64,000 nucleotides of DNA from Candidatus Magasanikbacteria bacterium UBA922 (GCA_002293825.1 DBDW01000008.1:9430-73429), one strand, 5' to 3'. Counted from the first letter of the stretch, positions 39,148 through 49,699 are shown. The notes: generated by a model not told the origin, from the sequence alone. Numbers and translations: made by a program.

Positions 39148-39897
39148 ATACATATTTTATATTGAAAATGGAACGTACTAATTGAAAAAATAGTCTAATT
39201 TTCCAGCTTTTTACAGGGAGAAGTGTACTCAATTTTAGGTAAACTGTCAATTGAAAACAAAAAACCCTTACTTCGATATTCGATACCACTATCGACTACC
39301 AGAGTAAGGGTGCCGCGTATCCTGCCATTTCAGACAAAACACGCGGCATATGAACCATGAATTTATATGTCGTAGCGCCCACGGCTCAGGCGCTCAGAGA
39401 AAATTCTCCAATTTTCAACCCCCTTTAATCGGAGATGGATTTTTGTCACGGACAAGTATTGTTGTAGCACGTCCGAGGACGTGTACGGCACTTGTGTGAC
39501 GTCTCGGTATCCAGCGTCTCAGCCGTCCAGTGTATGCCCCACAAGGGTGGCTCCACATAGATCATTCCAGAGACTTACCGTACCTATTAATAAAACGCAT
39601 AGGTGCGTACCAGTTGTCGCATGGTTGCGTGTTTTTTTGATAACGTAGAAAAACATACACTACGGACTCACATTTTATGTTATTGCGCTGTGGGTCATAT
39701 GCGCTCATGTGTGATACATCATTCACCATCCTATGTACGGTACGGGTGATTTGCGAGTCAAAAATTATGCTCGCGTTCAAGCCCTCATACGCGGTATTTC
39801 CGCCAGGGCTCGGATCAATATCCCACAAGATACTTATCCGAACCGACGACCATCACACACTTAAGACGCCTCACCATATCACAACAAGCGTTTTTTG

Positions 39898-41016
39898 TCA
39901 ATACCTATGATATGCACCTATAGCATCCCGTACAGACGTGTATCCATCAGCTTTCAGAAGCTGTACCAAACCATAATTGATTTCACCCACCACTTGCGGA
40001 CCTTCATAAATCATACCTGTAATCATCTGCACCAATGATGCACCACGTTTTATCTTTTCATAGGCATCTTCTGCGCAAAATATACCGCCTGTACCAATAA
40101 TTACCATCTCTGAACCACAGTATGCGTAGGTACGAGAAATAAGTTCATTTGAACGCTCCCATGTGGGTTTACCGCTAACAGACCCACGAATATCTTCAGG
40201 AATTTTTTCTTGTATAGTAGGATCAGATCGATCTTTATTGAGATTACCAATATTCACTCCCCATACTTTATACTTCCGTGCCACATCAAGAAGTTCTCTG
40301 TGCATATCCCACGTGATATTGATCGGCATTTTCAAAATAAGTGGCTTATCAGAACGAGACTTTACTATGGCTTGCAATAATTTTTCCAATTTTTCAGATG
40401 TCGTAAATGGCTCACCTCCAAATGTATTTGGACAAGAAATATTGATTTCATATGCATCGATGTGTGCCACCCCTTTACACACCTCCAGACCTCGGACATA
40501 GTCTGTGATTCCTGCGGTCTCGTCTACAGTACTACTGCAATTAGTCTTTCCAATCGATACGATACAAGGAATTGTCTTTCGATATGTCTTTATACGATCG
40601 ATAATACGTGTAGCCCCCTCATTCTTCAGACCATAATTCACCACAATAGCTCTCGATCGAGGGAGACGGTACAGTCGTGGCGTAGGATTCCCTTCATACG
40701 CACTATGGGTAATGGTACCAATTTCTGAAAAACCAAATCCCACTGACTCGAGTACTGGGTACACATACCCATCCTTATCGAATCCAGCCGCAAGACCAAC
40801 TGGATTCGAAAAATATATACCTTTGATCTGTTGTCCAAGCATTGGATTCGTATAACAGAAAAAATACGCACTCAATTTTCGAAGTAATTGATTCTTCCCA
40901 ATGTACACGCTCATGCGCACCATGCGATCGTGCACACGCTCAGGATCCTGAAGAAAAAATATCTTCTTTACTATATGTACATAAAAAAATCGTACCAAAG
41001 CATGACGATACTTCAT
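39898..41016 (-). CDS. pyrD: dihydroorotate dehydrogenase (quinone), class 2
   Basis: Class-2 N-terminal extension (LQDPERVHDRMV), NPVGLAAGFDKDG, and the FMN/substrate motifs through the C-terminus. Confidence 0.9.
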   Translation of the reverse strand: MKYRHALVRFFYVHIVKKIFFLQDPERVHDRMVRMSVYIGKNQLLRKLSAYFFCYTNPMLGQQIKGIYFSNPVGLAAGFDKDGYVYPVLESVGFGFSEIGTITHSAYEGNPTPRLYRLPRSRAIVVNYGLKNEGATRIIDRIKTYRKTIPCIVSIGKTNCSSTVDETAGITDYVRGLEVCKGVAHIDAYEINISCPNTFGGEPFTTSEKLEKLLQAIVKSRSDKPLILKMPINITWDMHRELLDVARKYKVWGVNIGNLNKDRSDPTIQEKIPEDIRGSVSGKPTWERSNELISRTYAYCGSEMVIIGTGGIFCAEDAYEKIKRGASLVQMITGMIYEGPQVVGEINYGLVQLLKADGYTSVRDAIGAYHRY

Positions 41017-41083
41017 ACACTACAGAGAAGAGATAGGTGAATGCTTGTGTTTCAATGAAACATGAAACACTCTTTCATTATTG

Positions 41084-41154
41084 AGCGGGATACGAGAATC
41101 GAACTCGCTTCTCTGGCTTGGGAAGCCAGCATAATACCAGTATACTAATCCCGC
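41084..41154 (-). tRNA. tRNA-Gly (anticodon CCC)
   Basis: Reverse complement GCGGGATTAGTATACTGGTATTATGCTGGCTTCCCAAGCCAGAGAAGCGAGTTCGATTCTCGTATCCCGCT. The loop TTCCCAA gives anticodon CCC, and the discriminator is U. Confidence 0.8.
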
Positions 41155-41199
41155 GCGGAATGCTCGATACACTACACTTTCTATCGAGCATTTCTCACA

Positions 41200-42297
41200 T
41201 TATTCCATGACCTCATTCGTTTCGACTGTTTGTACTTCTGGAGTACTGGTCGGTGCAGTGGTCAATTCTTCAAATGGATTTCGAAGTCCTTTTGACACTC
41301 TGATTTCTGAAGAAAGTAATCGACTATTCATAAAATCTGCAAATGGTGCAGTATCATTCTCATTTGTGGCAAACAAAATATGTCGCGCCTTTACCTCTTT
41401 GACATTTTCTCCTGTGGTCTGATCCTTGGTCGTACGGATATCGTCAACACGGAGGATATGATACCCGAAATCAGTTTCTACCAACTCACTCGAAAGTTCT
41501 CCTTTTTTCAATGCAAACGCAGCTGCTTCGAATTGTGGAACCATCGCTCCTTCACCAAACCAGCCCAAATCTCCTCCCTGATCTTTGGTACTATCAGATC
41601 CAAATTCGCTCGCAAGTTGTTCAAATGATTCTCCTCCCTTGATCCGATCAAGCACACTCTGTGCCGTAGTTTTTACCTTTTCTTTTGCATTTGGATCACG
41701 GACAGTCTCGAGATATGCATTTGACAATTTGGTCTCAAGTTCAGCTGGATATACAATTTTCTGTACAAATTGATCGAGATTCCATCCATAGCGACCCGAG
41801 ATTTCTTCATCCGCTTTTTCTCTACTTTCAAAACTAGGCAACAGTCTGGTGTCTACCACCGAATTGATTTCTTCTTGAGTGAGTGAAACATTGTATTCTC
41901 CTGCTACAATTTTCGTGAGTTCATTGATCAATAATCTACTCAATACATAGTCCGACATTTCTGCGTCGCTCGGACGAGTGAGTCCGGTCGTATCAGTGTC
42001 ATAAAATTTTCGCATTGCATTGAGATTGTCGACATACTCCCCATAAGGAATTTTATTTCCTTCAATAGAAGCTACAGGAATTCTAAAAATCTGTGCAGTA
42101 GTAAGTGCGAATTTTGATTCTGACAGTGCTTTGACACTCTGAATACCCACCACATACCATATGATCAACCCCACCACTACCGCTACACCAAGTCCTGCCA
42201 ACAACAATGATACGGTATTGCGTCCTGAATCAGATTTCTTTTCAGGAACAGTACCGATACTCTCTTCATGAGCACTGTGTTTCTTTTCTTCGTCCAT
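41200..42297 (-). CDS. membrane-anchored parvulin-type peptidyl-prolyl isomerase (PrsA/SurA-like)
   Basis: N-terminal TM and a chaperone-like helical region. The rotamase domain reads ASEFGSDSTKDQGGDLGWFGEGAMVPQFE...GYHILRV. Confidence 0.7.
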   Translation of the reverse strand: MDEEKKHSAHEESIGTVPEKKSDSGRNTVSLLLAGLGVAVVVGLIIWYVVGIQSVKALSESKFALTTAQIFRIPVASIEGNKIPYGEYVDNLNAMRKFYDTDTTGLTRPSDAEMSDYVLSRLLINELTKIVAGEYNVSLTQEEINSVVDTRLLPSFESREKADEEISGRYGWNLDQFVQKIVYPAELETKLSNAYLETVRDPNAKEKVKTTAQSVLDRIKGGESFEQLASEFGSDSTKDQGGDLGWFGEGAMVPQFEAAAFALKKGELSSELVETDFGYHILRVDDIRTTKDQTTGENVKEVKARHILFATNENDTAPFADFMNSRLLSSEIRVSKGLRNPFEELTTAPTSTPEVQTVETNEVME

Positions 42298-42308
42298 AAC
42301 CTTTAGAA

Positions 42309-42731
42309 TTAACCCTCGCTCGGTGGCGAGTGATGAATGAAATAATACCACCATTTTAACGGATTTGGAGACTCTTGTCCACCCATGTCCCTCTGCCCAT
42401 CATCAGGTGTCGCTGATGCTGATTCTTTACCCAAATTTTTAATAAATAGCACATTTTCTCCTGGTTTTTTCATATTAAGATCCAGGCGAGCGGTATCTTC
42501 GAGATAACTTGTACTCGACACATATTTCAAAAGTTCAATCGATTCAATTTTCTTCTTCTCTAATTGATCGATCTCTTCCTGAAGGCGTTTTACTTCCTCC
42601 CGAAACGCATAGTCCTTGAAATACGCGCGAGCAAACCCAATCGCAAATAATAATGTCAACAAAAACGTAACTACTAAAAAAACCTTGGAACTAAAAAACA
42701 GACGTGTACGTGAAGATGTGGAACGACTCAT
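42309..42731 (-). CDS. FtsB/DivIC-like septum formation initiator
   Basis: Short cytoplasmic tail, one TM segment, then the coiled coil KRLQEEIDQLEKKKIESIELLKY. Confidence 0.5.
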   Translation of the reverse strand: MSRSTSSRTRLFFSSKVFLVVTFLLTLLFAIGFARAYFKDYAFREEVKRLQEEIDQLEKKKIESIELLKYVSSTSYLEDTARLDLNMKKPGENVLFIKNLGKESASATPDDGQRDMGGQESPNPLKWWYYFIHHSPPSEG

Positions 42732-42760
42732 ATGCGCTCTAGTATATCACGCTCTTTATA

Positions 42761-43366
42761 TTACCTCAATTGTCGCAATTTTGTTTCAATCAACTCCCTG
42801 AGACGATGGAGTTCTGGCTGTTCGAGAGTATTAATCATTCGATATATCTGCTCAAATGAATGCTGATTTTCTGATGTCTCTGTGCGAATTTTCTGCTTTC
42901 TCAATTCATTGAGTAACCGCTGAATTCCAACCGGACGAGACACATGATCCACCACAATTCTCACTTTTGAATCTTTGATTCTGATTTCAATGGTTCCATA
43001 CTTACACAACATTCGCCATAGACCTCGTTGCCGTACTACCACATCTTCGATATTGTAGAGATCAACTTCTGAAATAGTTTTTCCAAATAACCCATCTTTG
43101 ACAATATCGATGACACGCTCGGTCGTGAGCACAAGGACTGTACCTCTTGACCGAATCAAGACCATCGCCACTCCCCACACTCCACCGAAACACAGCGCAC
43201 TAAATCCAATAATTCCCCACGTACCCTGAGCAAAAAACCAAAACATACCGACTGAAGCCGTGAGTAATAGGAAAAATGAGCCGATCCACTGCCACACAAA
43301 ACTCGATGCACGCTGACGTATTTCTGCAATAATATGCTCACCTTGTATCAGTGGAATTTTTACCAT
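42761..43366 (-). CDS. bacterial PH-domain (bPH_2/YdbT-like) membrane protein
   Basis: Two N-terminal TM helices followed by a PH-like beta-sandwich region. Confidence 0.45.
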   Translation of the reverse strand: MVKIPLIQGEHIIAEIRQRASSFVWQWIGSFFLLLTASVGMFWFFAQGTWGIIGFSALCFGGVWGVAMVLIRSRGTVLVLTTERVIDIVKDGLFGKTISEVDLYNIEDVVVRQRGLWRMLCKYGTIEIRIKDSKVRIVVDHVSRPVGIQRLLNELRKQKIRTETSENQHSFEQIYRMINTLEQPELHRLRELIETKLRQLR

Positions 43367-43374
43367 ACATACGA

Positions 43375-44532
43375 TTACGATACTATGTGATCAATCGGAC
43401 CAATCCACGGTTCCAATTTCTTGAGCTGAATTTCCCATTGAAATATCTCAAGTATTCGTTGTCTTCCTGCACGTCCCATACGATCCCTCTCATCATGATT
43501 ACCCAGCAGTGCGACAATTGTATCGGTAATTTTTTGTGCCTCGTGATACACATCGAGCACCTGGCCTGTCTCCCCATCAATCACCGCTTCTTCCACACCA
43601 CCACTTTTGCCTGCAACAATTGCTTTCCCAGCTGCTGCAGCCTCGAGAAATACGAGACCCAATCCTTCTTCTCTCCCATCATCTGGATGAGTTAATAACA
43701 CAAATAAATCAGCAAGATAATAATACTGTGGCAATTTTTCATGTGATACCCCACCAATATACCGAACCACATTTTGAAGTTGTCTTTTTTGAATCTCAGA
43801 CACAATCATTTCACGTTTCGGCCCATCACCAATCACTACCCACACAGCATGAGTTTCTTTTTTTAGAATATCACTAAACGCGCGGATGAGATGCGGAAAC
43901 CCTTTTCCATCATCGAGTCTTCCCACCGACAACACCACTTTCTTACCTTCGAGAGCGAGAGTGCGTCTAAGCGTATCAATCTCTTCTCTGACAGGTGTAC
44001 GAGAAAATAATGCATCGGGACAGGGATACATCACCATAGAGCGATTTTCAAACTCAGGTAATCGCTCGAGAAAACGACGACGTAATGATTCACTGTTGAA
44101 TACCACCTGCTCTGAATCTCGTATAATTTTTCTGAGCCATCGCTTCTTCCATGATGTCTGTGTACCATATACCACATCCGTACCATGAGAGATCACCAGA
44201 TAAGGAACTTTTAGTATCTTCTTTATTATCCACGCAGCATATCCTAGTGGGAGTACATGATGTACGATAATCATTTCAATTTGTTCTTTTTTTACGATTG
44301 CCCTCATTTGAAATACCGCTCGTATCCATCGTGGCCACACTGCACGATACAACTGCTTTTTTCGCACAATTGTATATTCTTCGTGCTGATCAAATTCAGA
44401 TGCACCGGCCTCCTGAGGCGCATACACCACTACATTATGAGAGGCTAATGCTCGAGCCATATTCGCAGTGTACGTCGCAATGCCACCGAGCTGCGGAGGA
44501 AATTCCATTGTTGCAAGTAAAATTTTTTTCAT
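43375..44532 (-). CDS. family-4 glycosyltransferase
   Basis: GT-B fold with the EGLGLVFLEAAAAGKAIVAGKSGGVEE motif. Confidence 0.8.
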   Translation of the reverse strand: MKKILLATMEFPPQLGGIATYTANMARALASHNVVVYAPQEAGASEFDQHEEYTIVRKKQLYRAVWPRWIRAVFQMRAIVKKEQIEMIIVHHVLPLGYAAWIIKKILKVPYLVISHGTDVVYGTQTSWKKRWLRKIIRDSEQVVFNSESLRRRFLERLPEFENRSMVMYPCPDALFSRTPVREEIDTLRRTLALEGKKVVLSVGRLDDGKGFPHLIRAFSDILKKETHAVWVVIGDGPKREMIVSEIQKRQLQNVVRYIGGVSHEKLPQYYYLADLFVLLTHPDDGREEGLGLVFLEAAAAGKAIVAGKSGGVEEAVIDGETGQVLDVYHEAQKITDTIVALLGNHDERDRMGRAGRQRILEIFQWEIQLKKLEPWIGPIDHIVS

Positions 44533-44539
44533 ATACGTA

Positions 44540-45973
44540 TTATGTTTTCAATGATTTGAAATATGCAATATCCTCATGTGTCACACCTCGACACAGGATA
44601 AACACACACCCAAATATGCACGCACCTACGAGTGCCCGCACCATAACTGAGATATCAAATATACCCATATACATGACACCTGCACTCATCACCGCACTCG
44701 ATATGAGCAACTTCCCTATAAGCCAAGCATTTTTGACATGCTCAAGAACAACCGTGCGTACAACCACCACCCAAGAAATACCTGTAATTAACCAGTTACC
44801 AATTGTCGCAGACAATGCAGCACCGACCGGACCCAGCTTCGGAATCAAAAACGCATTCAACACAATATTCACACACATCATGCTTCCAATAATCGCCGTC
44901 TGCATATTTTGACGACCGGCAGCATTCAATAATGCACCTAATAAGATATTCATAAATGACGGCACGATGCCGAACATGAGAATCTGCAACGGCACAATCG
45001 ACCCTTCATATTCATTACCAAAAAATGTATAAATGATATCAGTGCTCAATACGACAATACCTACCGAAAGCGGAATCGACACCAGTAATAAATATCGAAG
45101 TCCTTGATTGAATACTTCGCTAAAACGCTTCGTATCATCAACAAAATATTCACTCAATCTCGGATATAATCCTGCGATAAGTGCAAATGGAATAAATTGA
45201 AATGCATACGCAATTTTATAGGGTACGCTATACCACCCGACCGCCACATCGCCTGCCATTTTTGACAACATTACCGAATCTGCATATGACAAAATACGTC
45301 CAAAAATAGTTGCAAGTGCGAATGGTATTGTGATCGGTATCAAATACCGTACAATTTCGCGTACATATCGTGGGCGTAATCGTATTGCATATCGTGAATG
45401 TGCGATATATCCTGCAAATACAGAACTCAATATACTCGGTATCAAAAACGCAATCATGAGAAAATACAACGGCAACTTGAAATACAAAAATATAGTACCC
45501 AGAATCAGAGTCACCAATTGACTCACTAAAATCCCCAATGCCTCATACTTCACATTACCCACTGCACGTAATGCTCCATAGAGTGTCGTTTGCAACGAAT
45601 CAAAAAGCATCGTAATTCCTGAAATAAGCACAAGAGTTTGTGTCTCGAATTCATGATTCAACATCAGTAACACTCCAGCCATTACAATATAGGAACCCAA
45701 TGAAAGAAATATTTTTACATACAATACCGATGAAATAATATCGGAGATTTTCTGTTTCAATCGAGCACCTTCACGAACCAACACATTCGTAAACCCCATG
45801 TCGACAAACACTACAAAAATTGTAGTGAATGAAAGCGCAAAAAAATATTTCCCCGTATCACCCGCCCCGAGAGAACGAGCAATGATTGCAAAATAGACAA
45901 ACGAAATAATCTTTTGTCCGACCGAGGCCATGGTCATGTATAACGTGCTTGTACCTACAGAGAGAGATTTCAT
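44540..45973 (-). CDS. MOP-superfamily oligosaccharide/lipid-II flippase (Wzx/MurJ-like)
   Basis: About 14 TM helices. The N-terminal region resembles Polysacc_synt (QKIISFVYFAIIARSLGAGDTGKY). Confidence 0.7.
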   Translation of the reverse strand: MKSLSVGTSTLYMTMASVGQKIISFVYFAIIARSLGAGDTGKYFFALSFTTIFVVFVDMGFTNVLVREGARLKQKISDIISSVLYVKIFLSLGSYIVMAGVLLMLNHEFETQTLVLISGITMLFDSLQTTLYGALRAVGNVKYEALGILVSQLVTLILGTIFLYFKLPLYFLMIAFLIPSILSSVFAGYIAHSRYAIRLRPRYVREIVRYLIPITIPFALATIFGRILSYADSVMLSKMAGDVAVGWYSVPYKIAYAFQFIPFALIAGLYPRLSEYFVDDTKRFSEVFNQGLRYLLLVSIPLSVGIVVLSTDIIYTFFGNEYEGSIVPLQILMFGIVPSFMNILLGALLNAAGRQNMQTAIIGSMMCVNIVLNAFLIPKLGPVGAALSATIGNWLITGISWVVVVRTVVLEHVKNAWLIGKLLISSAVMSAGVMYMGIFDISVMVRALVGACIFGCVFILCRGVTHEDIAYFKSLKT

Positions 45974-46082
45974 ACTAACCGTAGTGTAGCGTAAAAATAC
46001 ACTAAAGCCAAGAGGAATTTATACTATACATAGCATACAATACATCTTGTATCTTTTTTTATGTATATAGCGTATGTGTTGA

Positions 46083-46108
46083 AAACAAAAACCCGCCTCT
46101 TCGGCGGG
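46083..46108 (-). terminator. intrinsic terminator of the ribosomal-protein operon
   Basis: On the minus strand, CCCGCC-gaaga-GGCGGG followed by TTTTTGTTTT, directly after the rpsI stop. Confidence 0.65.
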
Positions 46109-46123
46109 AATTGTATTGTTTCG

Positions 46124-46537
46124 TTAACGTTTTCTCCACTGATGTCCACGACGAGCTCGAGTAAGACCTGGTTTTTTTCGTTCTTTTGCTCGTGAATCTC
46201 GAGTCAAGAAACCTTCTGCTTTGAGTACTGGCTTCAATTCTGGATTCCATGCAATCAATGCTCGTGAAATACCGTGTCGTACGGCAAATGCCTGTCCGGC
46301 AACTCCTCCACCGACCACACGTACCGTCACATCGAGACTTCCGTCTTTCTGTACTACACGCAATGGAGACATTACCACGTTCTGATGAATCTTAGTTGGG
46401 AAATATTCAGTATACTCCCGTCCATTTACCGTGATCGTGCCTTTTCCTGTCATGAGTTTCACGCGTGCAGCAGCCTCTTTTCGGCGACCGACTGCTCGAG
46501 TAGTAGAATCGTTTTTAGTAATTCGTTTGGTAGCCAT
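46124..46537 (-). CDS. rpsI: 30S ribosomal protein S9
   Basis: Strong similarity throughout, ending ...RRGHQWRKR. Confidence 0.95.
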   Translation of the reverse strand: MATKRITKNDSTTRAVGRRKEAAARVKLMTGKGTITVNGREYTEYFPTKIHQNVVMSPLRVVQKDGSLDVTVRVVGGGVAGQAFAVRHGISRALIAWNPELKPVLKAEGFLTRDSRAKERKKPGLTRARRGHQWRKR

Positions 46538-46544
46538 ACAGCGC

Positions 46545-46898
46545 TTATGCTTTAATAGTTAACCGCTTCATCAAGATTTCTCGGTGTTTATTCTTCGGAA
46601 GCATTCCATTGACCGCGCGGCGGAGTACCTCGGTAGGATCCTCGGTAAAAATAGTCTGGAGTGAAGTAGTCTTCAATCCTCCTGGGAACATGGTGTGTCG
46701 CTTGTAGTCTTTCTGTACGAACTTCTTTCCAGTGAATTTCACTTTACTCGCATTCACTACTACAACCGTTGCCCCTCGATCGATGTGGCGTTCAAAAGTT
46801 GGCTCATCTTTTCCCATGAGCGCCATTGCGACCTCTGTTGCTACTCGACCTACCGCTCGATCGGTAGCGTCAATTTCGATATGTTTTCTCGTATTCAT
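46545..46898 (-). CDS. rplM: 50S ribosomal protein L13
   Basis: L13 signature region. The start is probably MNTRKH. Confidence 0.9.
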   Translation of the reverse strand: MNTRKHIEIDATDRAVGRVATEVAMALMGKDEPTFERHIDRGATVVVVNASKVKFTGKKFVQKDYKRHTMFPGGLKTTSLQTIFTEDPTEVLRRAVNGMLPKNKHREILMKRLTIKA

Positions 46899-46908
46899 AG
46901 CATTCATA

Positions 46909-47259
46909 TTATACAAATTCAATTTTTGCGGTCTCAGCACTGTCATTGGTGCGATATCCGAGCTTCACGATACGAGTGTATCCACCTTTTCGTTCAGCAT
47001 AACGAGGCGCAATTTCTTTGACCAATTTGGTCACTGCCTTACCAGTGTACAAGGTCTTCATGATGATCTCCATGTCTACTGGACCATGTTTCTTTGCCTT
47101 GGTAATCAATGGCTCAATTACTTTTTTCAACTCTTTTGCTTTTGCAGTGGTTGTTACAATAGAACCATGCAAAATTAAACTTTCAGCAAGACTGCGGAAC
47201 AATGCTTTGCGCTGTCCACTTTCTCGACCGAATTTTTTTCCTTTTTTTTGATGTCTCAT
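46909..47259 (-). CDS. rplQ: 50S ribosomal protein L17
   Basis: L17 motif GGYTRI. Confidence 0.9.
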   Translation of the reverse strand: MRHQKKGKKFGRESGQRKALFRSLAESLILHGSIVTTTAKAKELKKVIEPLITKAKKHGPVDMEIIMKTLYTGKAVTKLVKEIAPRYAERKGGYTRIVKLGYRTNDSAETAKIEFV

Positions 47260-47283
47260 ATCACACTTAAAAAATCTCAAAAA

Positions 47284-48006
47284 TTACTCTTCAGTACTGC
47301 CCGATTTTGATGCTGTACCAGAGACATCAAGCACAAGACTGTAATGATCCATAAGGATTTTGGTTGCCCGTTCTACTGCAACTTTGGGCGAAATCGTTCC
47401 ATTCGTTTCAATTCTGATCGTCAATTTTTCGTAATCAGTCACATCTCCAACACGGGTATTTTCTACTGAGTATCCCACATCTTTGATTGGTGAGTAGAAT
47501 GAATCCATCACAATTGTTCCCAAATCTAAATGTTTACTCTCTTTTTCTGCAGCTGGAACATATCCCAATCCCTTGCCAATAATTACTTCAAGTGAAAATT
47601 CCTTTTTGTCTGAAGTAATTGTTGCAATTTTCAATTCAGGATTCACAATTTCAATATCAGCATTTTTTGCAAAATCAGCAGCAGTAACATCTCCTACGCC
47701 TTTTTTCTTCAGCGTAAGTACTACCGGCTCATCACTGTGTGAAATTACCGCAAGCTGTTTCAAATTGAGGGTTACTTCAATAACATCTTCAAGCACACCT
47801 TCGATTGCTGAAAATTCATGTTGTACTCCATCAATTTTTACTGCTTCAACCGCAGAACCTTCGATTGAAGACAATAGTACTCGTCGGAGTGAATTACCGA
47901 GCGTCGTACCATACCCCTGATGACATGGGGTTACCACCAATTCACCGATATTTTTGTCGCCGGTTTCTCGAAACTCGATTGATGACGGAAGTAAGATATA
48001 ATCCAT
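47284..48006 (-). CDS. rpoA: DNA-directed RNA polymerase alpha subunit, N-terminal domain only (240 aa)
   Basis: Alpha-NTD dimerisation/assembly domain. The ORF stops after about 240 aa, with no alpha-CTD. Confidence 0.85.
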   Translation of the reverse strand: MDYILLPSSIEFRETGDKNIGELVVTPCHQGYGTTLGNSLRRVLLSSIEGSAVEAVKIDGVQHEFSAIEGVLEDVIEVTLNLKQLAVISHSDEPVVLTLKKKGVGDVTAADFAKNADIEIVNPELKIATITSDKKEFSLEVIIGKGLGYVPAAEKESKHLDLGTIVMDSFYSPIKDVGYSVENTRVGDVTDYEKLTIRIETNGTISPKVAVERATKILMDHYSLVLDVSGTASKSGSTEE

Positions 48007-48058
48007 AGATAAGTAGATTATTGACAGGGCGTGAATAAACTCACACTCCTACCTCTGA

Positions 48059-48679
48059 TTAGCGAGTTGAGTAATACTCAACGATAAGCTTAACATCGAA
48101 TACACGTTCGAAATCCGTAGGCAATGGACGCGCGGTAACTTTTCCAGCCGCACCATTTTCAATTCGAAGCCATGAAGGAAGTTCTTGTTTTTTCAATTTT
48201 TCTTCAATTCCTTCAAAAATTTTCTTTCCTGCTTTGTTTGCTTTGAGTACGATCTCATCTCCGACACTCACAATATGAGAAGGAATGTTCATCTTCTTTC
48301 CGTTCAACATAAACATGCCATGACTTACCAATTGTCGAGCTTGTGCGCGAGTAACTGCAAATCCGAGACGATATACTACATTATCCATGCGCATTTCAAG
48401 AATTTGATTCAAGTTTACTCCAGAATCCCCCGCCATATTACTCGCAGTTTCTACATAGCGTCGGAATTGGCGTTCACGAAGACCATACACAAATTTTGCT
48501 TTCTGTTTTTCATCAAGCTGACGTCCATATGATGAACCTGCTCCTTTGCGCTTATTTGGTCCATGTTGCCCAGGAGACTGATTCAATCGGCGCGCAACTT
48601 TGGTCGCATTTGTTTTCAAACCCAAATTCACGTGAAAACGTCGTGCGATTTTATTTTTTGGTCCAATATTTCTACCCAT
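48059..48679 (-). CDS. rpsD: 30S ribosomal protein S4
   Basis: S4 N-terminal region and the S4 RNA-binding domain. Confidence 0.95.
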   Translation of the reverse strand: MGRNIGPKNKIARRFHVNLGLKTNATKVARRLNQSPGQHGPNKRKGAGSSYGRQLDEKQKAKFVYGLRERQFRRYVETASNMAGDSGVNLNQILEMRMDNVVYRLGFAVTRAQARQLVSHGMFMLNGKKMNIPSHIVSVGDEIVLKANKAGKKIFEGIEEKLKKQELPSWLRIENGAAGKVTARPLPTDFERVFDVKLIVEYYSTR

Positions 48680-48706
48680 AGTATTTGAAATTCGTTATGT
48701 TTAGTA

Positions 48707-49102
48707 TTAAACGCGACGGCGTTTTGGAGGACGACATCCGTTGTGTGGAATTGGAGTAATATCTTTTACCGCAAGTACGTTGACTCCATTGGTATTAAAC
48801 GCACGAATTGCAGCTTCGCGTCCACCACCCACACCTTTTACAAACACATTTACTTCTTTTACTCCATACGCTTTGATCGCTTCAAGTACATTCTTTACCA
48901 CCATACCTGCTGCATACGGAGTTGCTTTTTTAGGACCTTTAAAACCTGCTCCACCGGCTGAACCCCATCCAAGTACATCACCATTCTGATCAGTGACCGT
49001 AACAATCGTATTATTGAATGAAGCCTGAACATACGCTCGTCCATGAGAAACTGAGCGAATTGCCTTTTTCTTTTTCGTAACTTTTTTAGTTGCTTGTGCC
49101 AT
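48707..49102 (-). CDS. rpsK: 30S ribosomal protein S11
   Basis: S11 signature. Confidence 0.95.
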   Translation of the reverse strand: MAQATKKVTKKKKAIRSVSHGRAYVQASFNNTIVTVTDQNGDVLGWGSAGGAGFKGPKKATPYAAGMVVKNVLEAIKAYGVKEVNVFVKGVGGGREAAIRAFNTNGVNVLAVKDITPIPHNGCRPPKRRRV

Positions 49103-49146
49103 AGTTATGTTTAGACAGAGTTTAGAAAATTACTCATTCACCTGTT

Positions 49147-49533
49147 TTAGGTCTTCTGAGCTGCTGGTTTCTTTCCACTAGGTGCGATATTACGCTTATT
49201 GCCACGAGTGGTGCGACTGTTGGTCTTCGTTCTCTGACCTCGCGCAGGTAGACGACGTGCATGGCGAATACCACGGTATGATTTGATATCTTTCAAACGC
49301 TTAATATTTGCCACCACTTCACGACGAAGATTACCTTCTGTGGTTTCATTTTTTTCAATGATAGTGCGAATTTTATCTTCCTCTTCCTGAGTAAGATCTT
49401 TTACTCGAACACTTTCTGAGATCTTTGCTGTTTCCAAAATTTTCTTTGCTTTCGTACTACCGATACCGTAAATATAGGTAAGTGCAATTACGATTCGTTT
49501 TTCGCGTGGAATGGTTACACCTGAGACTCGCAT
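49147..49533 (-). CDS. rpsM: 30S ribosomal protein S13
   Basis: S13 signature. Confidence 0.95.
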   Translation of the reverse strand: MRVSGVTIPREKRIVIALTYIYGIGSTKAKKILETAKISESVRVKDLTQEEEDKIRTIIEKNETTEGNLRREVVANIKRLKDIKSYRGIRHARRLPARGQRTKTNSRTTRGNKRNIAPSGKKPAAQKT

Positions 49534-49558
49534 ACGTTATTACAATTATATTCTAAAA

Positions 49559-49699
49559 TTAACTACCCGCCTTGGTTCGCAACTTACGTCCTTGACGTTG
49601 CTTGTGACGTGGGTTCTTGCAAATAACGAATCGAACTCCGCGTCGTACCACGATTTTGCAGTCTTTGCATCGTGTCTTTACTGCTGGCTGTACTTTCAT
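49559..49699 (-). CDS. rpmJ: 50S ribosomal protein L36
   Basis: [37 protein letters not shown]... has C-x2-C...C-x5-H zinc-ribbon spacing. Not in the ORF track because it is under 60 aa. Confidence 0.85.
   Translation of the reverse strand: MKVQPAVKTRCKDCKIVVRRGVRFVICKNPRHKQRQGRKLRTKAGS

Noticed and set aside
39300-39650. RNase P RNA or tmRNA in the large intergenic region
   Set aside because: The universal P4 sequences (GGAAAGUCCGGGCUCC, ACAGAACCCGGCUUA) and the tmRNA tRNA-like ends (GGGG... / ...CCACCA with a TpsiC arm) are not present on either strand. It is kept only as a generic ncRNA candidate.
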